Assembly: GCA_032718475.1 (NCBI GenBank) | Contig: JAUCBJ010009149.1 | Span: 62,001 to 126,000 of the forward strand | Direction: 5' to 3' | Length of the DNA stretch: 64,000 nucleotides | Origin: Nemertoderma westbladi | Lineage: Eukaryota > Animalia > Xenacoelomorpha | Part shown: piece after piece, positions 10,084 through 23,395 of the stretch | Numbering within the stretch: position 1 is the first letter of the stretch | How the letters are laid out: each line of letters opens with the position of its first letter | Translations under genes and position numbers: made by a program | The notes under the pieces: model-generated | What the model was told of the DNA's origin: nothing | Databases searched by the model: none | Seen by the model: the letters and a program-made list of their open reading frames with translations, nothing else

Positions 10084-10530
10084 TCAAGAATCAATGATAT
10101 TATCAACATATTCAACATTATCCACTGATTCTTCAGGTTCGACAAAGGATTCTTTTGAAATCATTACAATAAAGAAAGACATAATTTCGTAGGGGCTATG
10201 CCGATTTAGCCGTATTTCAAACTTTTCACCAGCTTCGTTGTATTGTGTAATAAAAATAAATCCTTCTATCATGGCTAATAGTAAGATGCTGGTTAATTTT
10301 CCTCCCCCATGCTCAGCTTTCAGGTTGTAATCTAAAAGATGAATACTATTATCTGAAGCATCAATATCGATTGAGCTTAAAACTTTCCTGGCTTTTTCAG
10401 AAAACTCAATTTTATATTTATCATCTCCCTGACGGTAAATTGTATAATCAATAACAATATAGGCTTGACCATCTTCTGCAAAAAATGAATGCCTTACTAT
10501 TGGCATAACCATATCGGAATCAGAAGACAT
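10084..10530 (-). CDS. Polinton hypothetical protein (148 aa, acidic)
   Basis: Intronless ORF co-oriented with the cluster, AATAATG start context; no recognised motif. Confidence 0.55.
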   Translation of the reverse strand: MSSDSDMVMPIVRHSFFAEDGQAYIVIDYTIYRQGDDKYKIEFSEKARKVLSSIDIDASDNSIHLLDYNLKAEHGGGKLTSILLLAMIEGFIFITQYNEAGEKFEIRLNRHSPYEIMSFFIVMISKESFVEPEESVDNVEYVDNIIDS

Positions 10531-11099
10531 TATTTAATTTATTTTATTATAAATCAAACAAACAAAGTAAAAACTTTTAAACTAAAACCATTACAAATGA
10601 TTAATTGCGATTAAAGCAAGAGATTATATAAGATATTTTCAAAAATAATACAGGTCTTAAACTGGAAAATAGCCTAAATTCGGTTTATTGATTGGTTGAT
10701 TAGCCGGTAGGGAACTACTGTACAGTACAGTACAATTAAATAAAAAATTACGGTCAAGGTTGAGTAACTATGGAAATGTTCGTATACGTGTAGCTGGAAA
10801 CGTGGCGGAATTTCACGTATCCTACCGCTGGATTGGTAGGTTGCTTGGTTGGTTGGTTTGGTGACAGCCGTCGAGGAGTAGCGGTGGGTAAATAACCGTT
10901 GAGTTGGCAATTGATATAATATAATATATAATATGTGTGTAGTTGGCTACGTTGATGTCATCATCATATACAGTATACATCGATGGTGATGTGGTGAAAA
11001 GGGGAATAATTGGTGGGTGGGTAACAGCTGTGGATTGAGTGGTGATGTGTTGGAGGCTAGCCATGCGTTGAGAGGTTAGGCTACGCGAAGATGAATATG

Positions 11100-11518
11100 T
11101 AATGGTTGGTGAAAAATTGCGATTTGAAAAATAGTAGACGTTACCTGTAGACATCCCTAGCGTCTGTAAAATAAAGGTTGGTAAATATGAAAATACTGGT
11201 CGCTGAAAAATAGCGATTTGAAAAATAGTAGACGTTACCTGATGCTAAGTGTAGACACCCTGAACACCTGTAAAATAAAGGCTTATGATTGGATGCAGTA
11301 CTAGCGGTGGGTGACTAATAACGCCTCTAGCGGAAGATGCGGGAACTTGAGAAGTTGCCATGGTTACGGATGAAATGCTGTCATTTGATTGGTTGAAATA
11401 ATAACGACCACTGCTAAAGGTTGAAATGGTGGCTTCTGATTGGCTGCAGTACTAGAAATGGACGGTAATGATGGGCTACGGGTGACCTTGATGTCGTGTC
11501 ATAGCATTCTATACTACT
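11100..11518. repeat. Probable Polinton right terminal inverted repeat region (inner boundary unknown)
   Basis: Ends in ACTACT; duplicated motif gcgatttgaaaaatagtagacgttacctg (about 11119 and 11214); several ATTGG boxes. Partner TIR is not in the window. Confidence 0.6.
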
Positions 11519-13669
11519 GTCGTTGTCTGTATCCTTTTCATACATAAGCGCTCGATACACAGCGGTGTTTATCATATAGCAGGATTCGTTTTCGTCGGAG
11601 AACTCGTCCGTATAGAATCCTTCCATCTCAGAACCTTGGTCGGTGTCGTTAACATCACTGAATTGGACATGTAATTCGGAATCACTTACCTGACTCGGGT
11701 TGGTTCGCTCGAATTCAGTGTGCAACAAGAGATGATGCTTCGCACCGCACTTTGCACACCTTATGTCAGAGTAACAGGTTCGCCGTTGATGTCCTTGTCT
11801 GAGGCAATTGTAACACAACCGCTTATCCCACATGACTTCTCGTCTCTCTTTCAATGATTTCTTTAAGAATTCATCGCACATATTCAAGCGGTGAGTCCCG
11901 TCACATAGCACACATTTAGGTTTGATGTAACTGACCTTATTTTGGATGACATTGTGCACACTCGTTCTTTCTTCAGACTTTCTCACCTGAATTCTTTTAG
12001 GAGACGTAGGAGGGGTTTTTCGTACCGGTTCCCTTCTGTCATTGGGTCGAGACTTGGATTTACTTACCTGATCTTTAGGCATTTTATTGACATAATAAGA
12101 TCTGTCAGTGTCCTTTCCGCTGTCCTCTCCTTGAGAAGTCTGGCTTTTGCCATCGTCGGTATAACACACTGGTGTTACTTTTCTCCTGGAAGGGGGTTTC
12201 TCACTTACCTTGTTTTCCGGTGTCTTCTCTCTGGACTGCTTGAGGAGTTGCAATTTCACTTCTCCGTCCAAGAATGACATAAGATCGGCCATGGTAGGGT
12301 CTCGTCGTTGTTGTTCCATCATGTATAGTACCTTCTTATCCCAGCGTGTGCCTACCCCACCTTTCGGTAAAGTAGAAGCTACAGCTCCAATGACCATAGA
12401 ACTTTGGTATTCATGAGACTTACCTAACCAATCTAATTGTCTACAGATCTCTTGAATCTCATCGGAAAACTCTATTATCCCACTGCTGATGAACTTTCGG
12501 GGCGCTACTAATTTTGCATACAAATACTTAGCAATATTATTCCTATTACCATACCTGATGTTTAGTGTGTCCCAAACTTGTCTTAATCCGTCTGGATGTC
12601 CAATAAACTTTAACGCCATTGACTTGGGAGATCCTTCCAAGCACTCGATGAGGAATCTAAGTTTCTCTCCGTTAGAGAGCACAGAGTCCTGTATGTTATC
12701 CTTGTAATATTCATTAAAAGGCAACCATTTCATCTCATCTCCATTAAACTTGACAATCTCTCCAACCTTTACCGCTTGCCGGGCTTCGGTTCTAGCCATT
12801 TGACGTGTAAAACTTTCTTGGGCCATCGTATTATTGAATAGAGAATTATCGGTATATAAATTTCTCGGATTAGGATCAGGTCTATATGGAATATCGCTAT
12901 CAACAGGTTTATAATTACCCTTAACAGGGTTTCCTATAGGAGTTTCTACTTCGCTAGCAGTATAGATGCGTGTAGGCTCCACACCTTGCGCATGGGATAC
13001 TTCAGACCTAACGGGTTGACACATTGTTACAGGGGGTGGTGGTATAACCTTTTGTAAATTGACTAATTTATCGCGTTCTAATGCAATACTTTGCTGCACT
13101 TCTTGCAACTCTAGTTTACTTTCCCTTACTGTTCCCTTAAGTTGGTGAACAGTCCCTTCCAAATCTCGGACCTGCCGGGAGGAACATTCCTGTTGTTCCC
13201 TCAGCTGCCCAAGCAAGAGACCCATCTCCCGTCGTCCCTCATCCACCCAATCCGCCGCCGAAGCGGGGTCCGCCAACGTTGTAGCGGGCAGACGAGGGAC
13301 AACGGGCGATAAATCTTTAATATCTCGCTCGTTGTCTAAAACTGGAAGTGACTTGGGAACAGTCTTACTAGGTACAGAGGGCACAGGTAATTTGGTGCTG
13401 TGCAAAGGGAATCTAGAGGTTGTTTCCGGTAGTACAGGTGTCTCTAGCACCGAAGGGGTGGCTTCGAGAACAGGCCTAATTATTTCCGATTCATCTACTA
13501 TAGTAGGTAGTTTGTTTACGGTAGTAATCTGGTCTGTGGGTTCTGTACTACCTACGGTTGTGCTAGCTAATTGTCTTCTAACAGCAGGGGGCAAATCGGG
13601 CAATTTATGACGGTGAGATGTTTTCCTACGCCTGCTGAGACGAGATCTATTTCCTCCGCCTTCAGGATC
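11519..13669 (-). pseudogene. gag: BEL/Pao gag fragment (copy D), cut by the Polinton on one side and by copy E on the other
   Basis: FNGD..KW..F, EKLRFL..CLEG (DUF1759-like) and three BEL-type CCHC knuckles; homologous to 28790-30684 and 48900-51000. Confidence 0.9.
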
Positions 13670-16600
13670 TGTAAAAGCTTTTGCGTCATTAACCGGTTAT
13701 TTTCCCTTAAAGTACTCTGTAGTTGGTTTGCCAGGCATAAAAAGGCCGTGTCCTTGCTGTACTGGTGTTTTAGAGGACATAAAAGTCATTTCTTCTGTAT
13801 TTGAACTGTATTTGTACTTTAGAGGACATAATCTGCAATTTCATGATGTAAAAGGCTCGCTACTCTTGAAAACAGTGTCGCTACCATGACGACGGCTAAC
13901 GGCTGATATTGCCACGTTGCAGCTTTCCGTATCGGCCAATAGAATTTGAGTGGGCGTTGATTTCGACCTATCCTGAGCTACTGAACTGAAATTTTCCTAT
14001 CTCACTGCTCATCCTCTGTGTTGAACGGGAGCTTCGTGGAATAAGTGTAGTTGGTATTCTCGTAATCACGAGTTTTTCAAAGCCACGAAAGAACGGCTTT
14101 ATAGTGTTTTGTGCTTTTCTGCTTTTTAGCTCAACACTAGTAGGTTTAATTATAAGGACATATATCCTTTAACTGTAAAACTCATCTAACAACACTCTGT
14201 GAATATCACTCTGCAAACACTGAAACATTGCAAACTCATAACAATCAGTGTTCAGTTGTTGTTTTATACTGCTATTTGCTGTCGGTTATTCATTATATTT
14301 GTGGATGAATTATTATATTTGGAATAACGAGAAACAACCCCGAAACCCAATATTCTTGATATACCGAAGGTAAGAGAGAAAGGTTACAGATAAACGATTG
14401 TGACTTATGTTAAAGTGGTTTGAAGTGAATCTAATGTTATTTGATAGACCCTACATGAGTCAGCCTGTGTTCCTTTTATATGTGACTAAAATCAGTGAAG
14501 ATCGGCAGATTAGTGTGCAGTATTGTGCAGCATTGTGTATGCGTGAGTCTGTTAAAGAAGCATTTCCTAAAGAATGCGCCATATATGTCAATTATAACTA
14601 AACCATTTCGTTGTGAGTAGTTTAAGTCATAACTCTGTTTCTATAGATAGAGCGCCACGTCCTAAAGGAACTGTTAATATTCCCCGAAGGTGAATAATAT
14701 TGTCAGAGATTATATAATACTGTCAGTCGAATAATACATTAGGCTTACATAGCAATAAGATTAAACCGTCGAACACAATCTCCCGGGTATAACCAGCGGG
14801 TGAATGATCGCGCACGGATTGGTTTCGACTAGTGTAGTGAATCAAATATTTGTCATAGGCTAAAAAGCGATTTAATATCTAGAAGACATCATAATTTGGC
14901 GGGTTAAACTGCCAAAGGTCTGAAAGCGCGAACATTAAAGGATATATCTTCTTTATTGCAGTAAGCAATAAAGTTGAAAGTACCGGTCAACCGGTAAACC
15001 TGAAAGGTACATCTGTAGGTCAGTAGGCCCAATTGCAAGAACCGGTACTGCTGTAGGCCCGTAGGTCCAACTGCAAGAACCGGTACTTCTGTAGGTCCGT
15101 AGGCCTAACTGTCCTAACCGGTACTTCCCGTATAAGTACATTAGTATTATTCGATTTGATTGTTGTATACCGGTAGGCTGTTTAAGAGATTAGGGACTGT
15201 ACACCCCTTGTTTCTTTTGGAGCTTACTTATTTCTGTCAAGTTTTATTTGTTTGTAGGCCAGTATTGAACAGAAGACGTGTAAGCCTGATCAGATTGTAC
15301 AGACAATTTGTAGGCTGAGCTATTGTCTGATTGCTGTTAAGTCTGAACGGATTGCAGTGTGTGTAGAGCACCTGTCCGATTAAGTACGGTTAGGAAGTAG
15401 GGGCAGCGAATGCTGTAAGGTAAACCCCCCAGCTAAAGAATAAGTCGTACTACTGGGTTAGAACGCATACTCCCTAATCATTTCGGAGTCTGCATGTCCT
15501 GTGGTTTATTTAGGCTTGAGAGTAGTCTGCCATCGTTTAGTCTGTACTTTGTTTGTGTAAGTCTGTACGGGTAGCGTATAATATTATTTAGATAATTTGT
15601 AGGCTGGATAGTTGTCTGGCTGTTATTAGGTCTGAACGGATTGTAGTGTGTGTAGAGCACCTGTCCGATTGAGTACGGTTAGGAAGTAAGGGCAGCAAAC
15701 GCTGTAAGGTAAACCCCCAGCTAAAGAATAAGTCGTACTACTGGGTTAGAACGCATACTGCCTAATCATTTCGGAGTCTGCATATACCGTAGTTTGTTTA
15801 GGCTTGATAGTAGTCTGTCGGTATTTGGTCTGCATTTTGTTTGAGTAGTTTGTACGCGTAGCGTAATATTTATTATTCAGAGTTTATGCGATTATTCGCA
15901 ACATTCATATTCCCCAAGTTTGTTCCTACAGTAATTGTGTTTGTTATACATACCGTTATAGTTAAATTAACCCCGGTACTACACGGGCTGCTTGGCGTAG
16001 GTAAAGACTGGTGATTTTGTGCACCGGTTACTCCAGCAGATGCCGTGGTTCTTTTAGCTGTTCAAGTATATTTAACTACTGATTATCTGTTGTACAAGTA
16101 CTCGTACCTAATTTAGGGTTTAGTGTACAGTGCTTTCCGAAAGTAATTATTGTAGGCATTATATTTGTGTTGTAAAGTGGTTGATAGGCACCTTCGATTA
16201 GCTCTATTAACTTCTAGGTAGGAACACTCCGTGATACATAACGTAGAACCTATAGCGATACGGCTATAGGTCGTCAGGCGGTGGTATTTTCCTATCTAGA
16301 CAACGCAGTGTATTTACTACTACTTATTATTTTCAAATACCGTAGTACCCTGTCCGTTGTAATAACCAGATTTCTAACCCTTTGTTAGGCTGGTTTGTAG
16401 ACTTCTTGTAAAATTACCCTAAAAATTCGTATTTGTGTTTTTTGTAAATTTTTGTGTTTATTTAGAGATTGTAATCTCAACCCGAATTGTACGTAATTTG
16501 TAGTATTAAGTAACTTAGGTAAATTAGAATTATTTGTTTTAGTGTCATATAAGTAACACTTCACTGAAAGCGTACCGCTTTGTGCAGTGATTACCCCCCA

Positions 16601-17312
16601 GAAATAATAACATTTATTTCAACATTGAAAAACCCAGTAAAACGGGTATATATATATTATAAATCAAATCTAACGATTTATAAATAGTAGGCCTACCATA
16701 CAACCATTAGGTCTCAATATCAGTTGGACTACTGCTCAAATAACGGTAATAAAGTAAGTAAAGTAACAAAGTAACCCTAAAGTACAGAAATTCAATTATT
16801 TAAAATAATTGATATACCGGTATTTACGATAGGCCTATTATCTTTATTTCTGTAAATTTAGGCTGAAATTATACCGGTACTTGTAATTAATTCTAGTTCA
16901 GAATTACATATACTACAAACTGTAAGCTGTATACCGGTATTCCCGATAGGCCTATTATATATTTATATATATTTGTGCTAAAATTATATCGGTATTCTGA
17001 GATAAACCTAGTCTGTAATAATACTTATATATAATATAAGCATACCGGTATTCTAATATATTATATATATATATCACTCTACATTGAGTAGCAGTGTCGG
17101 TAGTTAATTGCTAGGCTAGTAGTTGATACTGAATTACTAGACTTGCTTGAACTGTAATATAGCAGTAGGCATTCAACTGTACATATAAATATGTCTGATA
17201 CTAAGCAGAACCTGTCAGACAGTCTATTAGATGTAACTATCTGCGACTCGGATAGAGGTGTAGAACCCTCTAGTCGTAAGTCCAGTTCACCTCCCACTGT
17301 GAGGAAGGTCAT
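13670..17312 (+). mobile_element. BEL/Pao copy E: 5' LTR (13670-14934), long leader and gag start (17191), 3' truncated
   Basis: LTR runs TGTAAAAGC...GCGCGAACA; leader and MSDTKQNLSDSLLD start match copy A up to KVI at about 17312. Confidence 0.9.
14935..14947 (+). promoter_or_regulatory. Non-tRNA primer-binding site of copy E (TTAAAGGATATAT)
   Basis: Directly follows the LTR end; exact reverse complement of 14160-14172 in the same LTR. Confidence 0.8.
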
Positions 17313-18607
17313 AACAAAATACAGACCAAACGCTGGCAGACTACTATCAAGCCTAAATAAACTACAGTATATGCAGACTCCGAAATGGTTAGTTAGTATG
17401 CGTTCTAAACCGAGTAGTACGACTTATTCTTTAGGCGGGGATTTACCTTACAGCTCTGGCTGCCCCTACTTCCTAACCGTCACTTTATCGGACATACACT
17501 CTACATGCACTGCAATCCGTTCAGACCTAACAACAATCCGACAACAATCCAGCCTACGAATTATCTGTACAATCTGAGCAGGCTTACACGTCTTCTGCTC
17601 AATATTAACTTACAGGTAAATAAAACCGACAGAAATAAGTAAACTATACAAAGGAATGAGGGGTGATCAATCCCTAATCCCCTAGCAGCCTACAATATAC
17701 AATATCACAATCGAAATAGTACTGCTGTACCTGTACTGTTGTAAGTACCGGTTCCAGTGGTTAGGTAGTTAGGCCTACAGGTTACCGGTCGACCGGTACT
17801 TTAGCTTTATTGCTTACGCCGCAATAAAGAAGCAAACTGTTATTGTTCTTACCAGAACAATATTAAACTGTATTTATTGCTGTATTGCCTACACTGCAAT
17901 CAAGAATTTTACAAACTGTTATTGTTCGCGCTTTTAAGACCTTTGGCAGTTTAACCCACCAAATCTATATGTCTTCTAGGTTATAAATCTACTCCAGCCT
18001 ATGACAAATATTGAACACCTATAATAATTCTAACATTAGCCGAAGCCAGTCTGTGCGCGACCATTCACCCGCTGGATATACCCGGGAGACTGGATTCGGA
18101 TGCTTTAATTTGATTGCGGTGCAGGCCTACCGTACTATTCGATTGATCGTTAATATATAATCTCTGACAAATATTATTCACTTTCGGGAAATATTAGCAG
18201 TTCCTTTAGGACGTGGCGCTCTATCTATTTAAACAGAGCTATGACTTACACTATACACAACGGTATGTCTTATAGATCACCAAAGTGCATTCTTTAGGAA
18301 ATGCTTTGTTACTCGGTCAAGCACACACAGACTATTGCACACAACTGCACACTGAATTGCCGATATTCACTGATTTTAATCATATATAAAGAGAATAACA
18401 ACCGACATTTGTAGGGCCTATTAAGTAGCATTGAACTCATTACAAACCACGATAATGTATGTCGCAAATTGTTATATGTAACCGGTCTCTCTAACCTTAG
18501 TGTATCAAGAAGATTGGGGTTTCGGATCGTTATCAATATTCTTCCCAATAATAATATGTAAATGAACGATACAATTAACAACACAGTAAATAGCAGTAAA
18601 TAATGCT
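17313..18607 (-). mobile_element. BEL/Pao 5' leader plus truncated 5' LTR (17923-18607), probably the 5' end of copy D
   Basis: 17923-18607 is nearly identical to 43645-44328; 17313-17922 is reverse-complement leader; same orientation as the gag at 11519-13669. Confidence 0.85.
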
Positions 18608-18974
18608 TCTTTGTAGCATACAGTATGTTGGCCTGCTATTTATCGTGTTGTAAACGATATAATATACATGATGGCCTAATCGACCAAATAATCATTGATC
18701 TTATGCAGAAATAATACATTATTTTATTAGAGTGACTTTGATCACAGTAATAATTCATGTGTATAATACCAGAGATTATATTGTATTGCAATAGTCATCT
18801 TTCTCGTGGTTTTAATATTTACATATAAATCAATCTTTTCATTTGGAAGCAACACCTGTTTACATACATGATAAGCATACACAAGGCGCAATACGGATAG
18901 AACATTGGTCAGTACCGCCTTGGCATTTATTATACCTTATCCGTCCGGGTTCGGTGGACTTCATCAAAACACGA

Positions 18975-19205
18975 ACCACCGGAGGCAACCCGAATACTCC
19001 TCTCTTTACTTGTAAGGCAGGAAGGGCCCACACCCCCCACACTAGCTCCCAAGGGTGAGTGCTCTTACTATCCCGCCCACATTTACTCCCCCAGAAATAT
19101 GCCACATTTCCATTACAACTGGATGTCTGAAGACGATGGGCTGTTTATTTTCTGTGGCCCATCGAACTTCCAGGTTGGATTACTGATGCTCTAACCACCT
19201 GAACA
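18975..19205 (-). mobile_element. Degenerate tRNA-derived SINE
   Basis: Shares ccggaggc.acccgaa..ctcctc with the SINE at about 23073; weak A/B-box-like head on the minus strand. Confidence 0.35.
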
Positions 19206-19829
19206 ACATAAAACTGTAAACAAATGTCCTAGAAAGAAATACATAGTGTATCACTTAAGTAAGACACGACTCTCATTTTTTCTTTGACACGACCCTCTCT
19301 ATCTTTTATACAAATCTTATAACTTAATTAAATTGCATGAAAAAGGAAACATGATAGTTTTGGTAACCCTATTTATGCAGACACGGCAGACAAGAGCCAA
19401 GGAAATACGTGTAACATTTTGGACGCCCATGTTACGGCAATCGTTTAACCAGTAGTTTATATTTATTTCTTATTCCATAAACTCCTTGTACTCAATCAAA
19501 TTCAATAAAATAGAAACTTCCAAACATGCCTCACAGTTTCTCGTGATTATCATGTCGTGAATCTATCACACTTCAACAATTTAAGAATTCGGGCGCTGTG
19601 CGTCTGTGCGTGCATATGGATAACGCACCTTATAATTGATTCATTATTGTAAGTAAGCTGGTCACATAAGGATACGTCAGAAACCTAAAGTTCGACTACT
19701 TAGACTCCTATATATGGGAGTCCATGATATGGGTTCTAACTGAGTTCAAGTACAATCAATGCACACATCTGCAACCAGACACTATATAACATTAGAGTTC
19801 TCATTGGACCCCCAAGCTTGCGCCTTGGA

Positions 19830-20160
19830 ACTGAGCCTCCTCCGTTTCGTAGGACATTTATTTTTTCGTGAAGACCAGCCTGTACACAGTCTTGCGCTTT
19901 GGCAGCCTATTGGAAAACATAAGCAACGTGGACAGTTCTTAAGATGCTTCTTAAAGGACACTGGCCTTGATGATGCGGATAATCTCGCGAAAGTCACGGG
20001 GGATAGGGAGTTGTGGTGGCAGGCATCAGTACGGGGATTTATCGCAGCACATAGTATCAGCATCGCATCGCACAGGGCACAGGTGATTTTCTCGGCGTTC
20101 GGCGGGATGTCACCAACCACCCAGAAACTTTTTAAGCATCTGAGTTTAAAACTCAGAAAA
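19830..20160 (+). pseudogene. Non-LTR retrotransposon remnants (RTE-like C-terminus plus restriction-like endonuclease fragment)
   Basis: RFVGH...LWQP...KDTG...DRELW, then FSAFGGMSP...FKHL. Confidence 0.55.
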
Positions 20161-20943
20161 ACCAATTGTTGTCATGGTCAATGAAAGAAAGATAACAACC
20201 GGTTTAAATAGGGAAATAATTAGTGAAGTAGACGATTAGTGAACATGTCAAAGGTTATTCCGACCTATGAATCAAGTTTTAAAAGAAGCTTTCTGTAACA
20301 AAGATGGAAAAGGTTGTTGTTTCCTATCGCAGGTGGTAAAATTTAAGTTAGCCAATGATTGTTACTGGACCCTGAGATCGGATGTTTGCTTACGGAACCC
20401 AGCAATGAATAGATGTATTGCAATTTCAAGATTACTCGTACTAGGGCCTGCCTATCCAACCAAGATATGAACCCTGCACAATGGATTTGAATAATTGTGG
20501 TGTAGTATGAGGCCTAATCCAATCACAAGTTTCCACAATAAAATTAGCCCAATAGATTACGGTTAGGCATTGCATTGCTATATGCGATTGGCTGTATCGC
20601 AAAACTACGTCACCGTTATCTTACTTAACATTATATTGTTGTTTAATTAAGTATTACATAAATTTGGCTCACACTAACCAAAGCTTAATATATTTGAAAA
20701 ATTTGGATTTTACTAGCTATATATTTATTTTTAACTTATTGAAAAATTATAAATATCCCCGCTTTTGATTTAATCAAGTAATATATATTACTTTATATTA
20801 CAGCAGTGATTCCTTTATGAACATTCGTTTTAATTTGGTATTTTAAAATTAAAATTAGTTTTAAATTAAACTTCCGTTATTCGAGGAAGATTTGTTAGGT
20901 AGACATATTTTATGAATTGACAGATCCTTTCACTCAATAAGAA

Positions 20944-21019
20944 ATGTCCAACCAAGCACAAACATCGCAAGGTTACAGTTGCATAGCAACTGGTTCTGGT
21001 CTATATCACATTCAACCAG
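20944..21019 (+). CDS. Predicted first coding exon of host T-box gene
   Basis: ATG..CCAG|GTGAGA donor in phase 1, which joins in frame to the exon at 21964. Confidence 0.6.
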
Positions 21020-21963
21020 GTGAGATTTTAACTAAGTTAATGAAAAGAACGGTTTGTATATCTTAGATAGCTATAACCTTCCTTTAGGTGCGTTGATTAT
21101 TTGACATGGGTGTATTTGTATTTTATGTAAGAAATTGTAAAATACATCTTCATTTCAGTGAGAAATCAAAAAAAATATACGACACATAGAGATACTACTG
21201 TAGAATGTTTTTCTAAATAATAAGTTAACTTGTGTAGAGGAAAAATTATTTACAGAAATGGAATTCTCGCATATAATAGCAGTAAATCACATGAGAGCTA
21301 AGAATTTCAAAAATGTAAAATTACACAATCCCTTAAAGATTATCGACAAATAAATTATTTATTACAAAATCAAACGTAACAATTAAATACACTATAAGCA
21401 ACTTTATATATTTTTATATATTTATTATATATATTTATAGATTTTAGATTTTCGTCTGTAGCTAAATTATACACTTCCGAGTTATACATTTCCGAAACAC
21501 TCTAAATTATACATTTCCGAGATAATTGCCTTCAAAGTTTAAACCTCCCCGCTCAAAACTATCTGTCTGGGCCTCTGGGATCTCGTTGGTTAATAAAGTC
21601 TAGCACGAGGGAAGCACACCACCGATCAAGATAACCAGATGATATCATAATTAAATTTAATTAATGCTCATTAAAATCCGAATGAATATAAAATGTGGCT
21701 TTATTTCCCGGCGGGATATAAGTTGTTGAATATAAATAACTTTATATATCGTATACCTCGCACATCACATATCGCCTACTAGTCTACTTCGTAAAATACC
21801 GGTACATCACTGAAGTGTTCAACTAACAGGCCTCTGGTTGTTACCATAAAATCCATATCATAATAAATTCAGCACATATTAAGTTTGGGATAGTTACCGG
21901 TAGTAGGCGGCTTTCGTATAATATATTGGACGTGACGCCGTTATAATAATTCGTTCTCTTTAG

Positions 21964-22174
21964 GTTTTCTCCCTACGACTATATACCCTCCTTCATTCAA
22001 CCCCGCCGACATTCTGGGTTTATCCTCGGTCTATCCACCTCCACTACCGGGTCCCACATCCTTCCTTCACGGAGGGCTGCCCCATCCCAATATAAAGGTC
22101 GATCTGGATGGACGGGTATTGTGGAAAAAGTTTCACGCCATCGGAACAGAGATGATAATTACAAAAGGTGGAAG
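21964..22174 (+). CDS. Host T-box transcription factor exon (start of T-box domain); subfamily unresolved
   Basis: ttctctttag| acceptor; encodes ...[30 protein letters not shown]; donor AG|GTTAGT at the conserved T-box intron position before RMFP. Not in the ORF track. Confidence 0.92.
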
Positions 22175-22597
22175 GTTAGTATAGAGGAAGAGTGTTCACA
22201 GCATCTTTATAATAGCATATCAATTAATTTAATTAGTACAGTAAATATGTATTGTAGGCCTAGTGATAAAAATATATAGGACATATAATAATACTTAAAG
22301 AGTTAACTGATAAGCGAATCTCATTTCGTGAAATAATATATCGTCGGCTCAATGTTAAATTATCAATTAAGGCAAAGGAGTATAGTTTCTATAACCAAAA
22401 CAATAAACGAAAGTAAATAGAACAGGTTAAGAGTTTATTTTTGAGAACTAGATGTTATTTCTCTCGATATTCCCCTGGAGATGGATGAATTCTGATAGCG
22501 GCCAGAGCACCCCCCATCCTCAATAGGTAATTGTGACAATTAATTATGAAACAATATTATAATTTATATGTTTTTAATATCCATTAGATTGTATAAA

Positions 22598-22717
22598 TTA
22601 TTAAGTAATTTAAACAGGACTTAGGGTGATCCATTCCCGCTGGTGGCGAATTCATTTTTTCCGCTCCATTTGCTATAGAGTTGGATCATCCTAAGTCCTG
22701 TTTAAATTACTTAATAA
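22598..22717. repeat. Inverted repeat / small MITE-like palindrome (about 36-bp arms)
   Basis: ttattaagtaatttaaacaggacttagggtgatcca ... tggatcatcctaagtcctgtttaaattacttaataa. Confidence 0.8.
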
Positions 22718-23059
22718 AACATTATAATTATTCGATAATTTTATATTGGCACATTTCACCCTCCATTGGGTACCTATCCTTTGATATATATATTACTCTG
22801 GTATAAATATTTAGGATACACGCAGCATGTGACACATCCATGTAACTATAATGATTCGAACTAAATCGATACTGACGATATCCATTTTGATAAAATTATA
22901 TAATTTGAAAAAAACGACAGTTACAAAGAGTAGGGAATCTTCCTTTGGTTTAGGTTCTGTATATACGGCACAAGTAATATAAATATGTTCATAAAATACG
23001 GCCAAAATTAACTTCAATAGGCGAGGTATTTCTTATCTATTATGGCATCACAAAACAAA

Positions 23060-23293
23060 CAGTCGGCGGAGTCCGGAGGCGACCCGAAGGCTCCTCTTTC
23101 GATTGCTGCTACCCGAAATTAGGGGTGGCGGTGGGCGCTACTTACTCCTAACCCTTGTTTTGCTCCCAGTAATTTAACTGGTATACTCATTTTATCGACA
23201 CAAGTGGATGAAAGGCTGAGTGGACCCTAGCGGGGCTGAACCTACAACCAGTGGATGGCAGGCCCAGCGCTCCACCAACTGAGCTACACCGCC
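23060..23293 (-). mobile_element. tRNA-derived SINE with Meta-domain-like core
   Basis: Minus strand has A box tagctcagttgg and B box ggttcagccc, then ctcagcctttcatcc...gtcgataaaatgagta. Confidence 0.7.
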
Positions 23294-23395
23294 ACACAGT
23301 TTAATAAATTGGTGTTATTATTTTTTTTTGATGCATAGTTCCCATATTATTTGATGTATATAGAATTTGTTAGTATCCCAAAAAGCACATATTAT

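Larger units (their letters stand above)
1..11518 (-). mobile_element. Polinton/Maverick (adintovirus-like) element, right part; continues beyond window start
   Basis: Compact intronless cluster of capsid, protease, packaging ATPase and integrase ORFs. Terminus ACTACT (11513-11518; AGTAGT on minus strand) falls exactly where BEL gag homology begins (11519). No pPolB in the window. Confidence 0.92.

Noticed and set aside
11414-11518. C-terminal tail of the 729-aa gag ORF
   Set aside because: Read-through into the Polinton terminus; not present in sister copies.
23222-23293. tRNA gene on the minus strand
   Set aside because: Poor acceptor stem, and it runs into a SINE core; treated as a SINE head.
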